Position numbers and translations under genes: made by a program. DNA of 32,000 nt from Xanthomonas campestris pv. campestris str. ATCC 33913 (GTDB lineage Bacteria; Pseudomonadota; Gammaproteobacteria; Xanthomonadales; Xanthomonadaceae): positions 3,116,497 through 3,148,496 of the forward strand of contig NC_003902.1 in the NCBI RefSeq assembly GCF_000007145.1, read 5' to 3'. Positions 8,108 to 19,203 of this stretch are shown in pieces; the first letter of the stretch is position 1, and every line of letters begins with the position of its first letter. A model generated the notes under the pieces. It made no database searches. It was not told the origin of the DNA and saw only the letters and a list, made by a program, of their open reading frames with translations.

Positions 8108-9735
8108 TCACTCCTGCGCTGCCACCGCCGCTGCCACCGGCGTCAACACCAGATCCTGGAAATCGAAACTGAAGTCGGTCAATGGCGATACGGCCTCCAT
8201 GCGCATCTCACGCACCTTGCCGTCGGGGGTCAGCGCGAAGTTGACGAACGCATCGGCATTCAAGGAGCGGTCGTCCCAGCGCACGATGAAGCTGTCGTGC
8301 TGCCAGTGCTTCAGCGTGCCCACCAGTTGCGCGGTCTTGGCGAACTGCAGGCGCAGCCGCTTGCCCTCCTGGCGGATCACCACCTCGCCGTACAGGGGTC
8401 GCGATAGGTCGCGGCGTACCCACTCAGCGGTAACGACGGCGCCGAGCGCTTGGCACGCGCCTGCTCATGGTGTTTCCAGCTGGTATCGGCTTCGGCATCT
8501 GCCTTTTCCACGGCCTTGGCGTAGGCGGCGGTCCAGTCGGTGGCGGGCAGCTGCAAGAACGCATCCAGCACCTGCAGCGTCACCGCGTTGAATGCCGCGC
8601 CCACTTCCTGATTGGTCAGCACCACCACGCCGAGTTTTTGCTCCGGCACCAGGGTCAGCCGCGACACCATGCCGGGCCAACCGCCGGTGTGCCACACCAG
8701 CCGATGGCCGCGGTAATCGCTCAGGCTCCAACCTTCGCCGTAGCCGGCAAAGTTGGGGCGCGCCGCGGCCAGTTCGGGCACCGCCGGCTCCGGCACATTG
8801 ATCGGCGTGATCATCGACCACATCTCGCGCTGCCGCTTGGCACTGAACAAGGGGATGCCATCGGCCAGCGTGCCGCCGGCCAGTTGCACGTTCATCCACA
8901 ACGCCATGTCGTGCGCACTGGAATACACACCACCGGCGCCAGAATTGTTGGACCAGGTCAGCGGCGCTACCGTGCGCAGCTTGCTGAAGTCGTACTTGGC
9001 ATGCCCCACGGCGGCCGTATCGCCGGGTTGCAGGTGGTCGGCATTGAAGCGTGTGCCGGCCATGCCCACCGGCGTGAAAATGCGCTGTTGCAGGAACGCG
9101 GCATAGCTCTGCCCGGATACCTGCTCGATCACTTTCTGGGCGACCGCGTACAGGATGTTGTCGTAGGCGTAGCGGTCGCGGAAGCCGCCCTTGAGCGGCA
9201 CCTTGGCCAAGCGCTGCACCACTTCTTCGGTGGTGTAACTGGTGGTGGGCCAGTACAGCAGATCGCCTGCGCCCAGGCTCAAACCGCTGCGGTGCGCGAG
9301 CAGGTCGCGCACGCGCATTTCGTTGGTGACATACGGGTCGGACATGCGGAACCACGGCAGGTGCTCGATGACCCTGTCGTCCAGCGAGAGCTTGCCCTCA
9401 TCGGCCAGGATCGACAGCGATGCGGCGGTGAAGGCCTTGGTGTTGGAAGCAATGGCGAACAGCGTGTTGGCCTGCACCGGCGCCGGCTTGCCCAGCTCGC
9501 GCACACCATAGCCGCGCTCCAGCACGATCTGGCCATCCTTGACGATGGCCACGGCAATGCCGGGCACATCGAACTGCTTGCGCACCCGCTCCATCTGCGC
9601 ATCGAACTGCTGCATGCCGGCCGGCAATGCAGCCGTCTCAGCGGCCAAGGTGACACCACTCACTGTCATGCCAGCCATCGCCATCGCTCCCACCATCATC
9701 CAGGTCATCGGCTTGCTGTGCTGCTCTGTGCTCAT
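8108..9735 (-). pseudogene. beta-lactamase-family serine hydrolase with C-terminal DUF3471 domain, split by a -1 frameshift near 8393
   Basis: ORF 8377..9735 encodes a signal peptide plus a class C beta-lactamase/PBP-like fold (FAIASNTKAF = SxxK; YAYDN). It ends ...YRDPCTARW*. The adjacent ORF 8108..8383, in another frame, starts VVIRQEGKRLRLQF... and ends ...SPLTDFSFDFQDL, which is the DUF3471 domain. Inserting one G into coding-strand CCCTGTAC to give CCCTGGTAC yields ...YRDPWYGEVVIRQEGK..., one continuous protein of about 540 aa. Confidence 0.75.
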
Positions 9736-9738
9736 CGA

Positions 9739-10239
9739 TCAATGCTCCACGCCGGCGATTTCCAACGACAACGGCGTCGCGGCCACCACGACACCGTTCG
9801 CATCGGCATACAGCCAGTGCCCGGGGACGAACGCCACGCCGGCAAAATTCACCGGCACGTCCACATCGCCCAGGTCGCGGCGCTCGGTGCGGCGTGGGCA
9901 CGCCGCCAACGCCAGCACCCCCAACGGCAAGCCGGCCAGGATCTCCACGTCGCGCACGCACCCGTGGATCAGCACGCCGGCCCAGCCATTGGCCACCGCC
10001 TGTGCGCCGATCTGGTCACCGAACAAAGCCTGCCGCAAGGAGCCCTGCCCATCGACCACCAGCACGCGCCCGTCGCCAGGCGTGGAGGCCAGCTCGCGTA
10101 TGCGCGAGTTGTCCTCGACACAGCGCACCGTGGCGATCGGCCCGGAAAAGGTGGTGCGCCCACCAAAGTGCCGAAACAGCGGTTCGGCGACCGCCACCTC
10201 GGGAAAGCGGTCGCAAAGATCGGGGGTGGTCCAGGTCAT
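9739..10239 (-). CDS. rraA: RraA family protein (RNase E activity regulator / HMG-CHA aldolase-like)
   Basis: 166 aa from ATG 10237-10239: [50 protein letters not shown]...[24 protein letters not shown]. This is colinear with RraA as I remember it. Its stop lies 3 nt before the hydrolase start codon. Confidence 0.85.
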   Translation of the reverse strand: MTWTTPDLCDRFPEVAVAEPLFRHFGGRTTFSGPIATVRCVEDNSRIRELASTPGDGRVLVVDGQGSLRQALFGDQIGAQAVANGWAGVLIHGCVRDVEILAGLPLGVLALAACPRRTERRDLGDVDVPVNFAGVAFVPGHWLYADANGVVVAATPLSLEIAGVEH

Positions 10240-10433
10240 GACAACGCTCCGGCAAGGGGAGCCCGATGGTAGCCGGCTGCCAGCGACAGAGCATCCTCGG
10301 GCGCTGGTTGCACGACGCAAGGTATCCGCTGTCGCCAGCGTCTCGCGGCGGCGGCGGTATCATCGGTCACTTGCAGCGATCGCAGTTCCGGCACATCGCG
10401 GCATGCCCCCCCCTCGCCACTGCGGAGCCCGCC

Positions 10434-11261
10434 ATGACCGATCTGTTCGCTGCAGCGCCCCCTGCCCTGGAAGGCATCCATGTCGGCATTGGCGGTTGGG
10501 TGTACGCACCGTGGCGCGCCGGCATGTTCTATCCCGAGGGCCTGGTGCAGCGCCGGGAGCTGGAATACGCCAGCCGCCATGTCACCGCGATCGAAATCAA
10601 CGGCACGTACTACGGTGCGCAGAAACCGGCGACCTACGCGAAGTGGCGCGACGAGGTGCCACCGGGCTTTGTGTTCTCGGCCAAGGCGCCGAGGCGTATC
10701 ACCCAATCACGCACGCTGGCTGGCACCGGCGCGCAGGTGGAGGACTTCATCGGTGGCATTGCCGAGCTGGGCGACACACTCGGGCCGCTGGTGTGGCAAT
10801 TCGAACAAGGCCATCGCCTGCAGCCCGATGACCTGGAGGGGTTCCTGTCGCTGTTGCCCAAGCGCGCTGGCAGCCGCGTGCTACGGCACGTGCTGGAGAT
10901 CCGTGACCACGCCGCCGTGGATTCCGCGCTCATCGCGCGGGTGCGCCAACATGGCGTGGCCACGGTGTTCACTGATTCTGACGAACACCCCTCGTTTGCC
11001 GATCTCTCCACGGATTTTGTGTATGCACGGCTGATGCGCAGCCAGGCACGCCTGCACACCGGTTATCCGGCACCTGCGCTGGCGCAGTGGGCCGAGCGCA
11101 TCCAGGCCTGGCGACGCGGCGAAGACCCGGCCGATCTTCCGCATGTCGGCGATGCACCGGCGCCGGCCACTGCGCGCGAGGTGTTCGTGTTCTTCATCAG
11201 CGCAGCCAAGGAGCGCAACCCGGCTGCGGCGATGGCGCTGCTGCAGGCGCTGGGACGCTAG
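10434..11261 (+). CDS. DUF72 (YecE-like) domain protein
   Basis: 275 aa from ATG 10434 (GGAG upstream). GIGGWVYAPWRAGMFYPEGL, YASRHVTAIEINGTYYG and PPGFVFSAKAPRRIT are typical DUF72 motifs. Stop TAG 11259-11261. Confidence 0.85.
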   Translation: MTDLFAAAPPALEGIHVGIGGWVYAPWRAGMFYPEGLVQRRELEYASRHVTAIEINGTYYGAQKPATYAKWRDEVPPGFVFSAKAPRRITQSRTLAGTGAQVEDFIGGIAELGDTLGPLVWQFEQGHRLQPDDLEGFLSLLPKRAGSRVLRHVLEIRDHAAVDSALIARVRQHGVATVFTDSDEHPSFADLSTDFVYARLMRSQARLHTGYPAPALAQWAERIQAWRRGEDPADLPHVGDAPAPATAREVFVFFISAAKERNPAAAMALLQALGR

Positions 11262-11790
11262 CGGCGCGCAACGCGCTGCGGCGCAGCTCAGGCATTACGG
11301 GTGCGGTCGTTGTGCCAGCGGCCGGCCGCTACACGCGCGGCAACGGCAACGGCCACTGTGCGCGAGATGCTCTGGTCTTTCATCAGTCCGCCTGAGCAAC
11401 GCAACCCGAAGGCGATGATGGTCCTTCTGCAGGTAATGGACCGCTAGCGGCGCGCGAGGCGCTGCGGCGCAGCTCAGGCATTACGAGTGCGGTCGTTGTG
11501 CCAGCGGCCGGCCGCTACACGCGCGGCAACGGCAACGGCCACTGTGCGCGAAATGCGCTGGTCTTTCATCAGCTCGCCTGAGCAACTAAAGCCGGAAGCG
11601 ATGATGATCCCTCTTCAGGCAATGGACCGCTAGCGGGGCGTGAGGCGCGACCGCGCAGGTCAGGCGCGACGGTTGCGTTCGGTGTGCCAGTGGCTGGCGC
11701 GCACCGCTGTGGTGGTGGCTACACCTGCGATAGCTCCAGAGAAACCCGATGACGCTTCTGCAGTACCGCGCACAACGCCTTGGGGCCGAA
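11262..11790 (+). repeat. decayed tandem copies (186-bp period) of the 3'-terminal 62 codons of the DUF72 gene
   Basis: TAG at 11259, 11445 and 11631, spaced exactly 186 bp and in frame. By hand count, units 11262-11447 and 11448-11633 differ at roughly 20 of 186 positions. Both align to gene positions 11076-11261, for example CCACTG(C/T)GCGCGAG...TTCATCAG...CGCAACCCG...GCGATG...CTGCAGG...GACCGCTAG. A fourth, partly deleted copy runs to about 11790. Confidence 0.8.
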
Positions 11791-11933
11791 GACACATGCC
11801 GCTACAGGCTTGGCCTTGACTCAGCCTGCGCCGCCTGTGGAGACAACCCGACGCCCGCTTCCGTAGTTCTGCGCGCACCGCTTTGGAGCCAACAACACGT
11901 AGGCCAGCCCAGCGGTTTCGGCGACAATGGCGC

Positions 11934-12881
11934 ATGCCCATGACCGACCTGCGCAAGGCGCAACTGCAAATCCATTTCTGCGTGCTGCTCTGGGGCATCA
12001 CCGCGATCCTCGGCAAGCTGATCACGCTGCAGGCGCTGCCGTTGGTGTGGTGGCGGATGCTGATCGTGGTGGTGGCGTTGTTGCTGCTGCCGCGCGTGTG
12101 GCGCGGGCTACGTGCGATGTCGGCGCCGGTGATGCTGGGCTATTGCGGCATCGGCGTGCTGGTGGCGCTGCACTGGCTCACCTTTTATGGCGCTATCAAG
12201 CTGGCGAACGCTTCGGTGGCGGCGACCTGTATCGCATTGGCGCCGGTGTTCACTGCGGTGATCGAACCCTGGGTGGCGCAGCGCCCGTTCCGGCCGCGCG
12301 AGCTGCTGTTCGGGCTGGCGGTGTTGCCGGGCGTGGCGCTGGTGGTCGGTGGCGTGCCCGATGGCATGCGTGCGGGCGTGGTGGTCGGCGCGGTCTCGGC
12401 GGTGTTCGTCGGCTTGTTCGGCTCGCTCAACAAACGCATGGTGGCGCACGCCGACCCGCTCACCGTCACCGCCCTGGAACTGGGCGCTGGCACGCTGGCC
12501 CTGACGGTGCTGGCGCCTGCCTTGCCATTGGTGCTGCCAGCCCTGCATGGCGACCTGCTGGTGCTGCCCAGCCTGCACGATGGCGTGTTGCTGCTCGGCC
12601 TCGCCCTGGCCTGCACGCTGCTGCCATTTGCCCTGGCGCTGGTCGCGCTGCGGCACCTCAGCGCCTACTCGGTGCAGCTGGTGACCAACCTGGAGCCGGT
12701 CTACGCGATCGTGCTGGCGATCGTGTTGCTGGGCGAACAACGCGAACTGACGCCGCTGTTTTACCTCGGCGTGGCGATCATCCTGGGCGCGGTCTTCCTG
12801 CATCCGGTGCTGGAGCGGCGCCGCAAGGTGGTGCATCCCGAATTGCTCGGCACCGCCGAGGCGAAGAACATCGTCGATTGA
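11934..12881 (+). CDS. DMT (EamA-like) family transporter
   Basis: Polytopic membrane protein: MPMTDLRKAQLQIHFCVLLWGITAILGKLI... with about 10 hydrophobic segments in two EamA-like halves. ATG at 11934, and 11940 is an equally plausible start. The track ORF starts on TTG at 11883. Confidence 0.8.
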   Translation: MPMTDLRKAQLQIHFCVLLWGITAILGKLITLQALPLVWWRMLIVVVALLLLPRVWRGLRAMSAPVMLGYCGIGVLVALHWLTFYGAIKLANASVAATCIALAPVFTAVIEPWVAQRPFRPRELLFGLAVLPGVALVVGGVPDGMRAGVVVGAVSAVFVGLFGSLNKRMVAHADPLTVTALELGAGTLALTVLAPALPLVLPALHGDLLVLPSLHDGVLLLGLALACTLLPFALALVALRHLSAYSVQLVTNLEPVYAIVLAIVLLGEQRELTPLFYLGVAIILGAVFLHPVLERRRKVVHPELLGTAEAKNIVD

Positions 12882-12909
12882 TCGGCCACGCCGAACGGCC
12901 ATGTTTTTC

Positions 12910-12976
12910 GTAGGAGCGCGCTTGCGCGCGAGGGGCTTGACCGGGAACGCCCCATCGCGCGCAAGCGCGCTCCTAC
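12910..12976. repeat. REP-like long palindrome (GTAG...CTAC type)
   Basis: GTAGGAGCGCGCTTGCGCGCGA(GGGGC...GCCCC)ATCGCGCGCAAGCGCGCTCCTAC. It has perfect 22-nt arms plus an inner 5-bp extension. Confidence 0.85.
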
Positions 12977-13092
12977 GGGCACCAATCCTTCTGAGTGTCT
13001 GCGCCGCCAAGTCATCGCAGTACCAATTCGCACGACAGGCTCAGCACGCGCTGCGCACCAGCGTCCTAATGCGTCACAAGCACCCGGCCGTT

Positions 13093-13158
13093 GTAGGAGC
13101 GCGCTTGCGCGCGAGGGCTTTACCGGTAACGCCCCATCGCGCGCAAGCGCGCTCCTAC
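13093..13158. repeat. second copy of the REP-like palindrome
   Basis: Its 22-nt arms are identical to those of the element at 12910-12976, and the loop differs slightly (GGGCTTTACCGGTAACGCCCC). The two copies are in direct orientation, 183 bp apart start to start, between convergent genes. Confidence 0.85.
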
Positions 13159-13250
13159 GATGAGCATTCCAGATGATGCATCGGGAAGCGTCCGAGGGAC
13201 GATCAAACTGCGCCAAGCAACGACCGCCCCAACACACTGCCAAGCCACAC

Positions 13251-13973
13251 TCACCAATCAGTACGCTGCGGCAATAACCCCTGCAATTCCTGGTCGGTGA
13301 GATTGCGCCACTGGCCGGGCTTGAGCGCGGCCAGCTTGATGTTGTCGATGCGCACGCGGCGCAGCTGGGTCACGCGGAAGCCGAACGCCGCGGCCATCAG
13401 GCGGATCTGCCGGTTCAAGCCCTGCTCCAGCACGATGCGGAAACCGAACTTGGCGATGCGCGCGGTACGGCACGGCAAGGTGGTTTCGTCATGCAGGCGC
13501 ACGCCGCGGGCCATGCCGCGCAGGAATTCGTCGGTGACCGGCTTGTTGACCGCCACCAGGTATTCCTTCTGGTGCCGATTTTCCGCGCGCAGGATCTCGT
13601 TGACGATGTTGCCGTTGCTGGTCATCAGGATCAGCCCTTCGGAGTCCTTGTCCAGCCGGCCGATCGGGAAGATGCGCTGCTCGTGGCCCACGAATTCCAC
13701 GATGTTGCCCTTCACCGAACTCTCGGTGGTGCTGGTGATGCCCACTGGCTTGTTGAGTGCGATGTACACGTGGCGGCGCGTACCAGGCTTTTTGGCCTCG
13801 CGCACGCGCAGGGGCTGGCCGTCCACCAGCACGGTGTCGTCTTCGCCGACCACCGCGCCGGTGCCGGCGATCACGCCATTGACGGTGACGCGGCGTTCGC
13901 CGATCAGGCGGTCCGCCTCGCGGCGGGAGCAAAAGCCGGTTTCGGCGATATGTTTGTTGAGTCGGGTCGTCAT
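13251..13973 (-). CDS. rluF: 23S rRNA pseudouridine synthase, RluF-like (RsuA/RluF family)
   Basis: 240 aa from ATG 13971-13973. N-terminal S4 domain (MTTRLNKHIAETGFCSRREADRLI). Catalytic motif FPIGRLDKDSEGLILMT, then HQKEYLV and GLNRQIR. Colinear with E. coli RluF as I remember it. Confidence 0.85.
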   Translation of the reverse strand: MTTRLNKHIAETGFCSRREADRLIGERRVTVNGVIAGTGAVVGEDDTVLVDGQPLRVREAKKPGTRRHVYIALNKPVGITSTTESSVKGNIVEFVGHEQRIFPIGRLDKDSEGLILMTSNGNIVNEILRAENRHQKEYLVAVNKPVTDEFLRGMARGVRLHDETTLPCRTARIAKFGFRIVLEQGLNRQIRLMAAAFGFRVTQLRRVRIDNIKLAALKPGQWRNLTDQELQGLLPQRTDW

Positions 13974-14029
13974 CGGCGGATTATCGGCGATTGCGGCGCC
14001 GCGCGGGCCATTGCGTGCGTCAGGGCCGC

Positions 14030-16441
14030 TCAGGAGGCAGCCAGGCTGGGTAGCGACACATGCAGCAGGTCGTCCAGCGGGCATGGCCTGTGCAGGCTAA
14101 ACCCTTGCACCTGGCCGACCCCGGCCTCGCGCAGGCCGGCGATGTCGGCCTCCGATTCCACGCCCTCGGCCACCACCTCGATCCCCAGCGCCAGCCCTAC
14201 CTGCGCGATCGAATGCACGGTGGCGCGGTCCACGGCGTCATGCGCGTAATTGCGCACGAAGCCGCAGTCGATCTTGAGCACATCCACCGTAAATTGCTTG
14301 AGATAACCGAACGAAGCCAGGCCGCTGCCAAAATCATCCAGCGCCACATGGCAGCCGCGCGCACGCACGCTCTGCACGAACCGCTGCGCGTGCTCCAGAT
14401 CGCCGATCACTGCGGTTTCGGTGATTTCCAGGCACAGCTTGGCCACCAGCGCCGGGTAGCGCTCGAACAAGGCGCACACAAAATCCAGGAAGTCGCGTTG
14501 CGCGATCGACTGCGCGGACAGGTTTACATGGCACAGGTCCAGGCTCGCCACATGCGCCGGATTGGCAGAGAGCTGCGCACAAAGGGTTTCCAGCACGTGC
14601 GCATCCACCATGCGGCCCAGGCCGTAACGTTCCACCGCCGGCAGGAATTCGCCAGGGCTGAGCACGCGCCCGTCGCGCGTGCGCATGCGCACCAGCACTT
14701 CGTATTGCACACGCCCCGGGTCGCTGAGCACCTGGATCTTCTGCGCGTACAGCAGCAGCCGGTCCTCGGCGATCGCCTGCTGCACCGCGCTGATCCAGCC
14801 GCCGTCGTGGCGCCGCCGCGCCATCGCCAGATCGGTCTCGCCGAAACTGCGGATGCGGTTGCGGCCCTCTTCCTTGGCCGCATGGCAGGCCAGGTCGGCC
14901 GCGGTCATCAGCAGGTTGACGTCGTCGGCCCCCTGGCGGATCTCCACCACGCCGAAACTGCAGCTGGGGGTCAGCGGCCGGCCGCCCTGGTGGCTCCACG
15001 GCTGCCCAAGCACGCCATGCATCCGCTCCAGCAGCGTGTGCGCATGCGCCAGGTCGGTGTTGGCCAGCAGGATCGCGAACTCGTCGCCGCCCAGCCGCCC
15101 CAGCCAGTCGCCGGGGCGCAGCTGCATGGTGATCACGTCGGCGAAGTGGCACAGGAACTTGTCGCCCACCGCATGCCCGAAAGTGTCGTTGACCAGTTTG
15201 AAGTGATCCAGGTCCACGAAGCACAGCGCGTGGCACAGCTGCGGTGACTGCGGCGGGTCGATCAGGCGTTGCAGCCTGCGCTCGATCTCGCGGCGATTGA
15301 TCAACCCGGTGAGCGCATCATGGCGCGCGTGATAGGCCACTTCGTCGGCCAGTTCGTGCGCCTGCGAGACATCCTCGATCACCGCCAGCACCAGGCTTGG
15401 CTCCTGCGGCCCCGGCTCCACCAGCGAGGCACTCCAGCGCCCCCACAGCACCCCGCCATCGGAGCGCAGAAAGCGTAGCTCGCCAGCCTGCATCAGCCGC
15501 GGCCAGTCGATCAGCCCGCGGCTGTCCAGCACGATGTCGTCGGGGTGCATCACCTCGGCCAGCGTGCAGGCCTGCAAGGCCTCTGGCGGGTACTGCAGGA
15601 TGTTCGCCAGGGAGGCATTGGCATCGAGCACGCGCCCGCTCAGGTCGAACTTCACCATGCCCAGCGCGGCATGCTGAAACGCGGTGCGGAAGCGGCCTTC
15701 GTGCGACATCAGGTAGTCGCGGGTGCGCCGGATCGCCAGCACGCAGGTGCTCAGCACCAGCAGCAAGGTGGCCAGGCTGCAGGTCACCATCACATCGTGC
15801 AGCATGCGCGCGCAGCGGGTCAGCAAGGTCAGGAACTGGGCGGCATCGCGCCGCATGCGGCCATCCAGCAGATGCAGTTCGGCACGCAAGGACTGCAGTG
15901 CGCGCGCGTCCGGCGTGCCGGTGGCCTGGGCGGAGGCCGCCCGGTCGGCCAGCAGGCTCAGATGCAGGATGTCGCCATCGGTGTGCTTCCACAGCGCAAT
16001 TGCGCTGCCCAGGTACGGCAGGCGCTGCCCATACCGGTACAGGCGCACCATCTGAGGCATGTCTTCACGGGCATTGCGGCCGGCCGCCAGACCGGCATAG
16101 ACCTCGGCCCAGTCGATTGGCGAGGCATCCACCGCCAACCGCGCCGCGCGATCGCCCAACGGCACTTCCAGTGCGCGACAGGCCGCCTGCAGATCCGCCG
16201 GATCGGCGCTGCCGAGGTAGCGCTCCAGCCAGTAAACCGATTCCTGCTGGGCCTTGGACCAGTGGCTCTCGCCAATGATCCAGCTGGTGGCACCGGCCTG
16301 GACCTCGATCACCAGTGCCGACAGCACCGCCATGCAGCCGGTCAGCACGATCAACAGCGCCAACGGCAGCGTGAGCCAGCCACGCACCGTCTGCATGGTC
16401 CCGCCGCCACCTGTGCCTCGTGCCGCCTGCGCTTTCGCCAT
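14030..16441 (-). CDS. membrane sensor with PAS-GGDEF-EAL domains (c-di-GMP cyclase/phosphodiesterase)
   Basis: Two TM helices flank a periplasmic segment of about 190 aa, followed by a PAS-like region. Motifs: RLGGDEFAILL (GGDEF) and, for EAL, YEVLVR, LEITE, ALDDFGSG, KIDCGFV, AEGVES and VQGF. I chose the ATG at 16439-16441. GTG 16444 and ATG 16396 are alternatives. Confidence 0.9.
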   Translation of the reverse strand: MAKAQAARGTGGGGTMQTVRGWLTLPLALLIVLTGCMAVLSALVIEVQAGATSWIIGESHWSKAQQESVYWLERYLGSADPADLQAACRALEVPLGDRAARLAVDASPIDWAEVYAGLAAGRNAREDMPQMVRLYRYGQRLPYLGSAIALWKHTDGDILHLSLLADRAASAQATGTPDARALQSLRAELHLLDGRMRRDAAQFLTLLTRCARMLHDVMVTCSLATLLLVLSTCVLAIRRTRDYLMSHEGRFRTAFQHAALGMVKFDLSGRVLDANASLANILQYPPEALQACTLAEVMHPDDIVLDSRGLIDWPRLMQAGELRFLRSDGGVLWGRWSASLVEPGPQEPSLVLAVIEDVSQAHELADEVAYHARHDALTGLINRREIERRLQRLIDPPQSPQLCHALCFVDLDHFKLVNDTFGHAVGDKFLCHFADVITMQLRPGDWLGRLGGDEFAILLANTDLAHAHTLLERMHGVLGQPWSHQGGRPLTPSCSFGVVEIRQGADDVNLLMTAADLACHAAKEEGRNRIRSFGETDLAMARRRHDGGWISAVQQAIAEDRLLLYAQKIQVLSDPGRVQYEVLVRMRTRDGRVLSPGEFLPAVERYGLGRMVDAHVLETLCAQLSANPAHVASLDLCHVNLSAQSIAQRDFLDFVCALFERYPALVAKLCLEITETAVIGDLEHAQRFVQSVRARGCHVALDDFGSGLASFGYLKQFTVDVLKIDCGFVRNYAHDAVDRATVHSIAQVGLALGIEVVAEGVESEADIAGLREAGVGQVQGFSLHRPCPLDDLLHVSLPSLAAS

Positions 16442-16467
16442 CACCGTCCACCGCTGCCCAATGCGTC

Positions 16468-16490
16468 TCAGGCGCCCAGTGGGCGCCTGA
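16468..16490 (-). terminator. perfect 10-bp-stem hairpin downstream of deaD (possible terminator, no U-tract)
   Basis: TCAGGCGCCC-AGT-GGGCGCCTGA lies 82 nt past the deaD stop. A second 6-bp hairpin, GCAGCG...CGCTGC, sits closer to the stop. No T-run follows, so its function is uncertain. Confidence 0.3.
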
Positions 16491-16571
16491 AGGCAGTAAC
16501 GGCAGCAATGGCAGAGTCTGTATGGCAGCGCCCGCTTGGCGGACGCTGCGCACAGGCATGCTCAGGCGCGC

Positions 16572-18500
<1,929 letters not shown>

Positions 18501-18639
18501 GGGTAACTCCGGAGGCGCCGCACGGAGCCGGCAGGCGCAAAGCAACATAGTGTGCGCCCAGAAGACCCCTGCTGTCGAAGGTTCGTGACAGTTTGTTCAG
18601 GTTGTGAGGATTTTCACCCTCCCGGCGAATCATCCAGAC

Positions 18640-19173
18640 ATGCCCTCCTCGCCCACCCACGCCGCCGTTCCCATGCCCCAACAAACAGACCTGCACGCCC
18701 GCTTCAGTGCTCTGATGCAGCAGCACCGAGGCATCGTGCTCAAGGTCGCGGCGAGCTATTGCCGGGATCCGGATGACCGCGCCGATCTGGCCCAGGACAT
18801 CGCCACGCACCTGTGGCGGGCCTTCCCCAGCTACGACCCGCACCGCCGTTTTTCCACCTGGATGTACCGCATCGCGTTGAACGTGGCGATCAGCGACTTG
18901 CGCAGCCGCCGGCATGCCCCTAGCGAGGTGCTCGATGTGGGCACGCTGGTCGACAGCATTGCCGACCCGCATGCCCGCGACCCGGCGCGCGAACACCAGC
19001 TCACCGCGCTCTACACCTTCATCGCGCAGCTGCCACGGCTGGAGCGCGCGTTGATGCTGCTCTACCTGGACGACCACAGCTACCGCGAGATCGCCGATGT
19101 GCTGGGCATCAGCGAAACCAACGTGGCCACGAAGCTCAGCCGCCTGAAAGCGCGCATCCGCGCCGAACTGTGA
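18640..19173 (+). CDS. ECF-type RNA polymerase sigma-70 factor
   Basis: Region 2 (DLAQDIATHLWRAFPSYDPHRRFSTWMYRIALNVAISDLR) and region 4 HTH (LDDHSYREIADVLGISETNVATKLSRLKARI). I chose the ATG at 18640. ATG 18673 and GTG 18604 are alternatives. Confidence 0.85.
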   Translation: MPSSPTHAAVPMPQQTDLHARFSALMQQHRGIVLKVAASYCRDPDDRADLAQDIATHLWRAFPSYDPHRRFSTWMYRIALNVAISDLRSRRHAPSEVLDVGTLVDSIADPHARDPAREHQLTALYTFIAQLPRLERALMLLYLDDHSYREIADVLGISETNVATKLSRLKARIRAEL

Positions 19174-19203
19174 CCTTTCCCCTTGTGCAACCGGAGCAAC
19201 CCC

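Noticed and set aside
12108-13243. ORFs 12108..13010(-), 12761..13243(-) and 12901..13176(+), which run through the DMT gene antisense and the REP palindromes (SALARDG.../VGARLRARG... peptides).
   Set aside because: The peptides are translations of the palindromic REP arms, which read similarly on both strands, plus antisense of a well-supported transporter gene.
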